Assembly: GCA_016840855.1 (NCBI GenBank)
Contig: JAEORO010000255.1
Coordinates: forward strand, 1-39,506
Length of the DNA stretch: 39,506 nt
From: Candidatus Thorarchaeota archaeon
GTDB lineage: Archaea; Asgardarchaeota; Thorarchaeia; Thorarchaeales; Thorarchaeaceae
Direction of reading: 5' to 3'
Part shown: piece after piece, positions 9,641 through 18,224 of the stretch
How positions within the stretch are numbered: the first letter of the stretch is position 1
Layout: the number at the start of each line of letters is the position of its first letter
Program-made: the position numbers and the translations under genes
Notes under the pieces: generated by a model
Seen by the model: only the letters and a program-made list of their open reading frames with translations
Database searches by the model: none
Told to the model about the DNA's origin: nothing

Positions 9641-10684
9641 TCATTGAATATCAGCATGAGACAGCTCAATGACTTTTTTCATCATGCCAAAATGATCTCT
9701 GATGCTATACTCAGCCACTTCAGTAGCAGTTGATGCAAGCTTCTGAGTAAGAATTGCCCTTTTTCTATATTCAATAGCAATTAAACGATCACTAGCATAT
9801 GCTGCAGAAACTGTAAATATGAAAGGATTCCTTCCCCCGCGTTTTGAAGCGGGGATTATCCTGAGAATTTCTAGTATCTTGTTTCTAAGAGCATTCTCAT
9901 AGTCTTTTGTTTTCCAGCCCCGTGATTGAATCTTGCTGATCACTCTTGGACTATTCATCAACATAGAAATAACCCTTGGAACATAATCCTCTGGTTTTCG
10001 TATCTCCGGTGAATAACCTGTGATAGATCTTAGCCTAAGAGCCTCTCGCACAATTGCTCTTACGTTAACTCGGTGTCCGCATTTTTCAAACACATCAGCA
10101 ATTTCATCAAGAGTTATTGGAGCTTCTTCCTTGAATTCTCTTACAGCCATAAGAAGACATACTGCAATTAATAGAATATTATTACTAACATTTCCTGTGG
10201 CTTCGTTCACTACTTTCTTGTAAAGATATGCGGTTCGATCACGGACTTGTTCATTAATCATAAGAAGCTTTGATACATGATTGAGTGTTCTGAGAGCTCT
10301 ATATTTCGCTTCATTTTTACCAATTCTGACTCTTGTGCTATATATTGTCTTTAAACGCTTGAACTTCTTTTGCATTCTTCCGGATAATGCTTGTCCCTGA
10401 GCGTCTTGAAAATACTTGTCCTTGTGAAAGCCTATGTAACTTCCAAGACCATCTACAATATGCATCCGGTTTCCCAAGGATACATACATGCTCGCATCCG
10501 GAGAGTCACTGCTAGGTCGTTCTCCCATTTGATATGTGGGTAAAACATATTCCCTTGACAGTACTAAGCCACACTCAGCGCACACTATATGTCCATGACT
10601 AGTGACTATGAAACCACTGCAGTCAGGACAGGATTTCGAATTTGTTAGACGAGATTCACATGTTCCATCAGTCAAAAACCACAC
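9641..10684 (-). CDS. tfb: Transcription initiation factor IIB (TFB) paralog, divergent
   Basis: CPDC...IVCAECGLV Zn ribbon; two cyclin-fold repeats (PITLDEIA; PEDYVPR; GRNP...AAY; LTQKLA...VAEYSIR). Confidence 0.85.
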   Translation of the reverse strand: MWFLTDGTCESRLTNSKSCPDCSGFIVTSHGHIVCAECGLVLSREYVLPTYQMGERPSSDSPDASMYVSLGNRMHIVDGLGSYIGFHKDKYFQDAQGQALSGRMQKKFKRLKTIYSTRVRIGKNEAKYRALRTLNHVSKLLMINEQVRDRTAYLYKKVVNEATGNVSNNILLIAVCLLMAVREFKEEAPITLDEIADVFEKCGHRVNVRAIVREALRLRSITGYSPEIRKPEDYVPRVISMLMNSPRVISKIQSRGWKTKDYENALRNKILEILRIIPASKRGGRNPFIFTVSAAYASDRLIAIEYRKRAILTQKLASTATEVAEYSIRDHFGMMKKVIELSHADIQ

Positions 10685-10857
10685 CCATTAAGAGTGTGCA
10701 CAAATACTCCTAACTAAGTTTCAGATACTAAATATTCACTCACAGATATAACCAGTATATCTAGACGAACTATGAATGACCTTGAGCAGTCTTTTACAGT
10801 CTGGTCAGAAAGAGAGATGACCGAAAGTAATCAAATATTATATTCATGGTTTAGATT

Positions 10858-11223
10858 CTACAAAATGGCAAGGAAAAATCGCTCAGAGCTGAATGTACTG
10901 GCTTGCGTCGGAGTGGGCTTTGCAAGTGTAAATACTAACCGCAACCCACCCACTGATCCTACAACTTCGAGACCATTTCTCTCTAGTTTCTTAAAGACAG
11001 TGCTCTCAACATAGAGCTTTGATTGCTCACCTTTTGTGATTGGTTTAGAATCAATAACAACTGTGATTGCATCATTTGTATTCAATGTATCAGATAGAGC
11101 ATCAGGAAGTTCCAATGTGAGCTTGGCACCATCACTCTTTGAAGAAACTTTTAACAACTTCAGTCTCCTAGTTTCTGTTTCCTCAATAGAGTCAATCACA
11201 GCAGTCTTGAGTCTAATCACCAT
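10858..11223 (-). CDS. rpoG: Probable RNA polymerase subunit Rpo8/RpoG (RPB8-like OB fold)
   Basis: 121 aa, all-beta pattern; LYVESTVFK...GSVGGLRLVF resembles RPB8 YVMYGKVYR...SYGGLLMRL; adjacent to tfb. Confidence 0.65.
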   Translation of the reverse strand: MVIRLKTAVIDSIEETETRRLKLLKVSSKSDGAKLTLELPDALSDTLNTNDAITVVIDSKPITKGEQSKLYVESTVFKKLERNGLEVVGSVGGLRLVFTLAKPTPTQASTFSSERFFLAIL

Positions 11224-11345
11224 TTATACTACACCTCTACGTGCCAGAGTATACAATTGACGGCATGTAATTACGAATTAAACCTACCGTTGAATCCGTG
11301 TGCTGTTTTTTAAGATAGGTAATAACAATCTACCGGTGTAATCAA

Positions 11346-12998
11346 GTGAAACGGAAAGCGACAGCACTTGTACTCGCAACAATCATCCTCCTAACATCCC
11401 TTACTATTTCTGTTTCAGCATTCTATTTTGATTTCCAAGATTTTGAAACAGACAGATTAGTCTATGAAGTAGGAGAAACAATCGATATGGTTGCAAGAGT
11501 CATTGCAGATTTCAGTGATGAAGGATGGTGTTTCGTTTCATTCGCAGTAGTGACCGATCTTGGGCCTTCATTTGCAGATGAATACTTCATAACTTCATCT
11601 CCTGCAGTTCGTTATCTTAATTCATCATATACTATTCTACCGAATCACACTTCTCCAGATATAACAGGTGTACAATCCTTTGTCCTCTTTTCTGTAGAGA
11701 TTTTTGATACAGTGTTTCAGAGTGCTGGGAACAACATCGAAATAACAATCAACAGAGGTCACCTCACAGCTATTCCCTTATCATCTCTCTCTGTGCAATA
11801 TGGACAAAACACATCACTTTCACTAAAAATTGCAAGTGTACTCAATAGTGATATTGTCTATGTAAATGAATTTGTAAATCTAAACGTTGAGGACTCAAAT
11901 TCACAAACAGTACTAAATAAAAATGTGACAACAACTTCAGAAGGAATGCTTCATCTTAATTGGAGTGATTCATTTGGCTCTCCTGGTTTCTACAATCTTA
12001 CAGTTTCTAGTGATGGAAATGAAGATTTTCTTCCCTTTACAGATTCATTTCAGGTCACTGTTCTTCCAGCTACGTCTAACCTGACTATAGTTTCTTTACC
12101 TGTTTCAGTATATTGCATGTCACCAGATGGAGAATACAACGAACAAGCTCTAATGGTAGTAGAACACACTGACTTAGAGTCAAATACTATAGATGACAGT
12201 ACAGTTGAATGGACTGCACTTTTTGGTTCTGGAATATTGACAAATTTAGGGAATGGTCAATATTCAACCATGATTCCTTTCAATACTAGTCCTGGATCTT
12301 ATCAAATCAATCTTACAGCCATAAACTCTCAATACCAACCAGCTAAAACATCAACTTTAGTAAATGTACTTGCCAACCAAATAATGTTCACTCCCACACA
12401 ACCTTATTGGAATGTCACAAAGGGTGAAAATGTGACAATAGAGTTTGTCATTGAATCTTACCTTGATTGGAATCAGTCAATACAATTGCAATTCACTGAT
12501 GAAACTCTAGAGTTTATACAAGTAATTGACATTCAGCCCCAAGTATCTAGTTTTCTTACAATTCCAATCTATCATAGTGTTTCGGTTGGGTTGCATACTG
12601 TAGACATATCATCTGTGAACGAGTTCTATCAGTTTTCAACTATCTTTCAAATCAATTTAGTTGTAACTGGAATAATGAATGGAAATGTATCATCCATAGT
12701 TGCTTTCTATAATGAAAATTTTAAGTTTGATTTAGAAATCCTTGATGACAATAATCAAACAGTGTCTTTTGTAGATATCGCCTTATTCTGCGACTATAAT
12801 ATCACACCTTTCGCAATAATCACTAATGCTAATTCAACCACAACGCAATCCGTTTCCTTACCTGCTTGGATATCTTCTAGCATCCATAATATTACTTTAG
12901 TAATTAGTAAATCATATTTCAAAACAATTAGCTGTTCGATATCTACTAGAGTTTGGATACGGACTACTATTACCATTGTGATTACAAATAATAAATAA
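11346..12998 (+). CDS. Secreted Ig-like/beta-sandwich surface glycoprotein
   Basis: MKRK + hydrophobic signal peptide + VSA; ETDRLVYEVGETI; PGFYNLTV, PGSYQINL, VGLHTVDI strand motifs; many N-x-S/T sequons; no C-terminal TM. Confidence 0.7.
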   Translation: MKRKATALVLATIILLTSLTISVSAFYFDFQDFETDRLVYEVGETIDMVARVIADFSDEGWCFVSFAVVTDLGPSFADEYFITSSPAVRYLNSSYTILPNHTSPDITGVQSFVLFSVEIFDTVFQSAGNNIEITINRGHLTAIPLSSLSVQYGQNTSLSLKIASVLNSDIVYVNEFVNLNVEDSNSQTVLNKNVTTTSEGMLHLNWSDSFGSPGFYNLTVSSDGNEDFLPFTDSFQVTVLPATSNLTIVSLPVSVYCMSPDGEYNEQALMVVEHTDLESNTIDDSTVEWTALFGSGILTNLGNGQYSTMIPFNTSPGSYQINLTAINSQYQPAKTSTLVNVLANQIMFTPTQPYWNVTKGENVTIEFVIESYLDWNQSIQLQFTDETLEFIQVIDIQPQVSSFLTIPIYHSVSVGLHTVDISSVNEFYQFSTIFQINLVVTGIMNGNVSSIVAFYNENFKFDLEILDDNNQTVSFVDIALFCDYNITPFAIITNANSTTTQSVSLPAWISSSIHNITLVISKSYFKTISCSISTRVWIRTTITIVITNNK

Positions 12999-13034
12999 CA
13001 AACTAGGCATGAACTGCTTATTTGTTAAAGAAAA

Positions 13035-14165
13035 TCAAGATTTTACCATTAATGATAAAATCTCATGTGGTTCAATCATGAGTCCACCCCCAATCTTGGT
13101 TAGGGGAACAACATCTACTAATCCTTTTACAGCCCGGCTTACTTCTCCCGATAGCTGACCGAGACTAAGTTCTGGCACCAATATTTTATCAACAGATCTG
13201 GCAAAATCTCTTATCACCTCATCAGGAAATGGCCACAATGTCCTTAGTCTTAAAGAACGAAGTGTCGGCTCTGAGATTATTTCCATCAATTCATCTACTG
13301 ATCTAGATGTGCAACCAAATGAAACAATACCCCATTCAGCTTTACTAGGACCAGCAACCTGATAGTCTTTTAATATGTCATAAGCGTTCCGTATTTTAAT
13401 TGACAATCTACGGACTAAGCTATCATGGACTTTTGGGTCTGCTGTTTTTCGAAATCCCGTATCATTGTGTGTAGATCCTGTTATGAGCAAGTCATGTCCA
13501 TTACCAAATCTTGGCATCAATGCATGGCCGTCAGCATCAATTGCTCCATAGGGCAAATCCCCTCTCGCTGCAAACCGTCTCTTTACTAAAGTGCTTTTAC
13601 TCTTATCAATTACAACTTTTTCTCTTGAATGTGCAATAATTTCATCTGACAATAAAATGACAGGATGTCGTAGTTTCTCAGACAGCTCAAATGATTTTAT
13701 GGTAAGTTCATACGATTCTTGTGCTGAGTTAGGTGCCAGTACAATACTCTCATGGTCTCCATGAGTCCCCCACCGTGCCTGCATGAAGTCTCCTTGAGCT
13801 GCTTTTGTAGCTTGACCTGTACTTGGACCAGCTCTTTGTACATCGACTATAACACAAGGAGTTTCTGTCATGATTGCATAACCAATATTCTCTTGCATTA
13901 GACTAAATCCGGGGCCCGAAGTTGCAGTCATTGACAGTACTCCTCCCCAGGAACTACCAATGACCGATGAGATTGCAGCAATCTCATCTTCCATCTGAAG
14001 ATACACGCCTCCAACTTTGGGGAGTTTTTCGGACATGATTTCCGCAATTTCAGAAGCTGGTGTTATAGGGTAGCCTGCAAAGAACCTACAACCTGCAGCA
14101 ATAGCAGCTTCTGCACAAGCTTGATTTCCTTGCCAGAACTCAACCACTGTGTTATTGTCAGACAT
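13035..14165 (-). CDS. korA: 2-oxoacid:ferredoxin oxidoreductase alpha subunit (start refined to ATG at 14165 after GGAG)
   Basis: GNQACAEAAIAAGCRFFAGYPITP, QMEDE, TATSGPGFSLMQE, VQRAGPSTG. Confidence 0.9.
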   Translation of the reverse strand: MSDNNTVVEFWQGNQACAEAAIAAGCRFFAGYPITPASEIAEIMSEKLPKVGGVYLQMEDEIAAISSVIGSSWGGVLSMTATSGPGFSLMQENIGYAIMTETPCVIVDVQRAGPSTGQATKAAQGDFMQARWGTHGDHESIVLAPNSAQESYELTIKSFELSEKLRHPVILLSDEIIAHSREKVVIDKSKSTLVKRRFAARGDLPYGAIDADGHALMPRFGNGHDLLITGSTHNDTGFRKTADPKVHDSLVRRLSIKIRNAYDILKDYQVAGPSKAEWGIVSFGCTSRSVDELMEIISEPTLRSLRLRTLWPFPDEVIRDFARSVDKILVPELSLGQLSGEVSRAVKGLVDVVPLTKIGGGLMIEPHEILSLMVKS

Positions 14166-14350
14166 AGACATGGCTCCGAGTTGGAGCTGGATAATATAAT
14201 CAAGATAAGTATACAGGTTTGTCCTAACTAGACATAAGCTCATCCACTCAGTAAGAATATAACTCTGACCAAAATTGCTATTTTATCATGAGTCAATCCC
14301 AGCTGTAAGAAACTTCTGTGCGCTGCTCTTCTCCTGTCAGTGTCATCAAC

Positions 14351-14360
14351 AATTTTAAAT
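14351..14360 (+). promoter_or_regulatory. Putative TATA box for tRNA-Gly
   Basis: AATTTTAAAT about 30-40 nt upstream of the mature tRNA 5' end. Confidence 0.45.
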
Positions 14361-14390
14361 CACGACCAGACACAATCGTGTTTTGGAATT

Positions 14391-14465
14391 GCGACCGTTG
14401 TCTAGTGGTTAAGATGCAGGCTTCCCAAGCCTGTGACCCGGGTTCGAATCCCGGCGGTCGCACCA
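14391..14465 (+). tRNA. tRNA-Gly(CCC), intronless, CCA encoded
   Basis: GCGACCG TT GTCT AGTGGTTA AGAT G CAGGC TT CCC AA GCCTG TGAC CCGGG TTCGAAT CCCGG CGGTCGC A CCA. Confidence 0.97.
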
Positions 14466-14507
14466 ATACTTTCGTCAGATTTAAGGGAGAATAATCTATT
14501 ATATTCT

Positions 14508-14582
14508 TGGCGAGCGATGATTTCTATGACCCCTATGAGTCAAAACTGACGATGATATGGATCTTGAGTGAGGAGCTCGCCA
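14508..14582 (+). ncRNA. Candidate box C/D guide sRNA
   Basis: 8-bp terminal stem TGGCGAGC/GCTCGCCA; C-like GCGATGA; internal CTGA-C-GATGA; degenerate D box (GTGA or AGGA); TTTAAG about 25 nt upstream. Confidence 0.5.
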
Positions 14583-14636
14583 TTACTTTCGGCAAACTCC
14601 CCTTTTGTTATACATTTAATCGTACGTTCCGCAAAT

Positions 14637-14646
14637 GCTTTTAAGG
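14637..14646 (+). promoter_or_regulatory. Putative TATA box for a leaderless or short-leader cdc6 transcript
   Basis: GCTTTTAAGG about 30 nt upstream of ATG 14676. Confidence 0.4.
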
Positions 14647-14675
14647 TGCCCAATCAGAATTGCTTCTGGACTGTA

Positions 14676-15893
14676 ATGCCTCATGACTATGTTGAAGACG
14701 AACTTAGCAAACGTAGTGTGTTTAAGTCAGAGCAGTTCCTATCAATCGACTATGTACCTGAAAATCTACCTCATCGCCAAACAGAGATAAGAACGCTTGT
14801 TCAAAGTTTCAAGACTCTGATAAGTTCACCAGGCCGTACAAGTAATAAATTCATTATTGAGGGACCAGTGGGAACGGGGAAGACTGCGGTTGTTAAGAGA
14901 TTCTCTGAACAGATGATTCAAGCTGCAAAAAGACGAAATATCCGGCTTCATAACATCCACATAAATTGTCGCGTCAACAAGACATCATACTTGGTCTTTC
15001 TTCGGGCATTGAGAGAATTCAAACCTAAATTTCCTAGACGCGGTCATTCACCTGATGAATTATTACAAATGCTTGTTGAAGTTCTTGATGATGAGGATCG
15101 ATATCTCCTTTTAATTCTCGACGAGCTTGATTATTTCATCAGACAGAAAGGTGCAGACATTCTATACGACCTCACAAGACTCATGGATGACAGACTAAAT
15201 GCGACGCAACGCCTTTCAATCATAGGAATTGGCCGTAAGATACCTCTGGATGATGATATCCTTGATTCTAGTACACGTAGTACACTTCAACGAAATATTC
15301 TTCGCTTTTCAAAATACAATCATGACGCACTTTATGATATTCTCAGAGATCGTGTAGAAATGGCTTTCGAGAAGAGAGCTGTAATGGATGAAACAATTCA
15401 AGTTATCTGTGACATCGCTTCTGAGCATGGTGATGCACGTTACGCTATAGAGCTTTTATGGCGTGCTGGAAAACATGCTGATAGAGAACAGTCAGACATC
15501 GTAATTCCTGATTTTGCTCGCCGTGCCAAAGCAGACACTCATCCTGAGCTTAGAAAAGAAATCTTTACTACACTACCTATCCAACACAAACTTTTGTTAT
15601 TAGCGGCAGCTAGACAGCTGAGAGAGATTCGTAGTGCATATATCACAATAGGCGAAGTTGAAGAAATGTATCATTCGATATGTGAGGAATATTATGAAGA
15701 ACCACGAGCACATACTCAAATCTGGGAATGGGTTCAAGATTTACATGCTCATGGTATCATAGATACAAAGAAATCAGGCACCGGTCAAAGAGGTCAGACT
15801 ACTCTCATTGGGTTCTCTGAGGTCCCAGCTGATATACTAGAACAATTTCTTTCGGGATTGCTAGACAAGTCCAAGGAGGCAATGAGAAAATAG
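14676..15893 (+). CDS. cdc6: Orc1/Cdc6 replication initiator (start refined to ATG 14676)
   Basis: DYVPENLPHR; GPVGTGKT; HINC; ILDELD; GDARYAIELL; C-terminal wHTH with GQRGQTT. Confidence 0.95.
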   Translation: MPHDYVEDELSKRSVFKSEQFLSIDYVPENLPHRQTEIRTLVQSFKTLISSPGRTSNKFIIEGPVGTGKTAVVKRFSEQMIQAAKRRNIRLHNIHINCRVNKTSYLVFLRALREFKPKFPRRGHSPDELLQMLVEVLDDEDRYLLLILDELDYFIRQKGADILYDLTRLMDDRLNATQRLSIIGIGRKIPLDDDILDSSTRSTLQRNILRFSKYNHDALYDILRDRVEMAFEKRAVMDETIQVICDIASEHGDARYAIELLWRAGKHADREQSDIVIPDFARRAKADTHPELRKEIFTTLPIQHKLLLLAAARQLREIRSAYITIGEVEEMYHSICEEYYEEPRAHTQIWEWVQDLHAHGIIDTKKSGTGQRGQTTLIGFSEVPADILEQFLSGLLDKSKEAMRK

Positions 15894-16178
15894 ATGAACC
15901 CTGAAAGCTCACCTCAAGTTGCCATTGAAGACATATTCTCCTCACGAGGTAGAATCAAGATACTCAAAGAGCTGGCAGCTTCTAATGAATTAAACATCTC
16001 AGAGCTCTGTAGAAGAGTAGACCTTAATCATAGCTCGACGAAATCGCATCTCGAGGTTTTACTAAGATCAGGTCTAATAGAAGAGAAGAAATTTGGTAGA
16101 ATCAAGATATATCGATACAAGATTGAAGATCTTAGAGCGCGGTCACTGAGAAGCTTATTCAATCTTTGGGAGTCATGA
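15894..16178 (+). CDS. ArsR-like winged-helix DNA-binding protein
   Basis: FSSRGRIKILKEL...LNISELCRRVDLNHSSTKSHLEVL...GLIEEKKFGRIKIY. Confidence 0.85.
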   Translation: MNPESSPQVAIEDIFSSRGRIKILKELAASNELNISELCRRVDLNHSSTKSHLEVLLRSGLIEEKKFGRIKIYRYKIEDLRARSLRSLFNLWES

Positions 16179-16193
16179 TGAGGTATCCTTGAC

Positions 16194-17084
16194 ATGACTA
16201 ATTATCTCTCTCGTTTGTTCTATCTTGGTGATAATTATCACGGCTCACAATACCAAACAGGTTTCTCTACAATCCAAGGAGAACTGATTGATGCACTCAC
16301 TAGTTGGAGTGGAGAAAATCACTCTACTCAAACAATTCAACTGTCTGGAAGGACTGACAAAGGAGTGCACAGTATTGGACAATTAGCCCTGATTACTACA
16401 GAAAAGCAATTCAATATTGATAAAATCAATCGCTATCTTCCAGACGATATCATATTGTGGGCATCAACGAAAGCACCTAACAATTTTGTGCCTCGCTATA
16501 GTATACTCATGCGACATTATCGATATTATCTAGACGAATCTTGGGCTAATCTAAATCTTGATAGTGTTAAAGAAGCCGCATCTCTTTTAATTGGGTCTTA
16601 TGACTTTGTTGAACTAGCAAAACCTGATGCTGGTCGAAGCACACTTACCACAATTCTAAACATATCTGTTAATAATTCAGGTGAGTATTATTTCTTGGAT
16701 ATTTTTGGAACTCGTTTCCTTTGGAAACTTGTACGTAAAATAGTCACACTTCTTACAGAAATTGGAATTGAAAGAGTAGGACTTGAAACCATCAGCAACA
16801 TTCTTCTTGGGCAGAAGGTCTTTGCGAGTGGCATTAAACCCGCTCCACCAGAAAACCTAGTCCTTGTAGAAACAATAACACCGATTAAAATGAAGACAAG
16901 TAAATATGCTATCCGCATAATTCAGAAACAGCTGAGCAATAAACTCGAACAATATAAACGATCAATAAGAACCGTGAGTAATCTTATCGATTACTTTTCT
17001 GGTTCAATGATGATTTATCAACATTCAACCAATTCGCGAAATCAGTCAAATATTGATGATTTATCTTTAGAATCTCATGAATGA
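16194..17084 (+). CDS. truA: tRNA pseudouridine(38-40) synthase
   Basis: YLGDNYHGSQ, SGRTDKGVHS with catalytic Asp, LPDDI, RHYRY, FLWKLVRKI, PAPPENL. Confidence 0.93.
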   Translation: MTNYLSRLFYLGDNYHGSQYQTGFSTIQGELIDALTSWSGENHSTQTIQLSGRTDKGVHSIGQLALITTEKQFNIDKINRYLPDDIILWASTKAPNNFVPRYSILMRHYRYYLDESWANLNLDSVKEAASLLIGSYDFVELAKPDAGRSTLTTILNISVNNSGEYYFLDIFGTRFLWKLVRKIVTLLTEIGIERVGLETISNILLGQKVFASGIKPAPPENLVLVETITPIKMKTSKYAIRIIQKQLSNKLEQYKRSIRTVSNLIDYFSGSMMIYQHSTNSRNQSNIDDLSLESHE

Positions 17085-18204
17085 TATCAAGGTGTGTTTT
17101 TCGTACTCTTTTCTTTGAAACGCCTGTCAATTTAGACAAGGATGCCAAAATTTCAGATTGTTTATCCCGTTTTCTGTCACCTTGCCATACTAAAAGAGGC
17201 CATGTAGGTTGTGAATATTTGACGCGCCGAAAAGGTGTTTCTGACCGACTCATAGCTACTCCCATGGACAAGAAATCATAGACATAAGCAAGCAGCTTCC
17301 AGTTCTGATTTATCATAATTCTTCCAAGTGTTAAATCAGCCAGAGAGAGTTGTTCAAATCCATTGTCCAATTCTTTTGGAGTCATAAGATGAAGATGTAG
17401 ATTCTCTTCTAGCCATAAGACCAATGAATCATGATTTAACTCTGATTCAGATAGTACTCTTCTTGCCATTTTCGAATCAGCTGAAGCAAATAAATGACGC
17501 AAAGTTTCTTCATCTCCTCGTTTTGAGTCTCTAACAACTGACTCAACCACTAGAGATGTCAATCCACTCCTTACCTGAGACTCTAAATCTGAAATTGCAG
17601 CCCGTAAGTCCCCCCCGGCGCCTTCAACAATCTCGTCAAGGACTTCGCTAGACACTTCAACATTGTTTTCCAACAATATCTGTTTCAAAATCTTTTCGAC
17701 ATCATTATTCTCAATATGACCAAAAGTGAAAACTTGGCAGACCTTCATCAAATCCTTTAGCCGAGGACTATTTGGGTCATTAGCAGTCATCACAATTGGA
17801 TATACTGAATCCTTGACGACTTTCAGAATTGCTCCAACACCACCTCTATCACTAGTCCCGGACAGACCATCTACTTCATCCAACAAAATTAGTCTAGGTC
17901 TGCCATCAAGAGTTTGTTGTGTAGCTGATCTCCAAACTAGTGTTTCAATACTGTCCCTATTTCTTTTATCACTTGAATTAAATTCAACAAGCTCCATGTC
18001 CAAATCATTAGCCATAGCCCCAATTGATGCAGTTTTTCCTATTCCCGGTGGTCCAATTACAAGAGCAGCTCTTTTACTTGGTATTTTCGATATCCAAGAC
18101 ACAACCCACGACTTCAGTGCCCTAATTGTTTCTTGATTTCCAACTAGTTGCTCAAGTTTTTTAGGACGATGTTTCTCAGGCCAAGGTAAACCTTCGTTAA
18201 TCAT
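16984..18204 (-). CDS. rfcL: Replication factor C large subunit
   Basis: WPEKHRP; GPPGIGKT; EFNSSDKR; LLDEVDG; GDLRAAI; WLEEN. Confidence 0.93.
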   Translation of the reverse strand: MINEGLPWPEKHRPKKLEQLVGNQETIRALKSWVVSWISKIPSKRAALVIGPPGIGKTASIGAMANDLDMELVEFNSSDKRNRDSIETLVWRSATQQTLDGRPRLILLDEVDGLSGTSDRGGVGAILKVVKDSVYPIVMTANDPNSPRLKDLMKVCQVFTFGHIENNDVEKILKQILLENNVEVSSEVLDEIVEGAGGDLRAAISDLESQVRSGLTSLVVESVVRDSKRGDEETLRHLFASADSKMARRVLSESELNHDSLVLWLEENLHLHLMTPKELDNGFEQLSLADLTLGRIMINQNWKLLAYVYDFLSMGVAMSRSETPFRRVKYSQPTWPLLVWQGDRKRDKQSEILASLSKLTGVSKKRVRKTHLDIIHEILKINHQYLTDFANWLNVDKSSLNQKSNR

Positions 18205-18224
18205 TTAGGATCACTACCTCTAGC

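Noticed and set aside
14508-14582. SECIS element or minus-strand tRNA
   Set aside because: No continuous SECIS helix or adjacent selenoprotein, and no T-arm on the reverse strand
14170-14675. ORB repeats/oriC upstream of cdc6
   Set aside because: No repeated TTCCA-N-GGAAA/G-string boxes seen; the spacer is occupied by tRNA-Gly and the sRNA candidate
14568-14675. N-terminal extension of cdc6 from the ORF track (similar extensions on korA, rfcS, HDAC, trm11 and UPF0200)
   Set aside because: The extensions are non-homologous and overlap promoters, RNAs or other genes; downstream starts fit family N-termini
15891-16196. Pyl/Sec read-through fusing cdc6, wHTH and truA (all in one frame, TAG and TGA-TGA stops)
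   Set aside because: Each is a complete independent protein; the stop is a double TGA; TGAGGT is better explained as the truA SD
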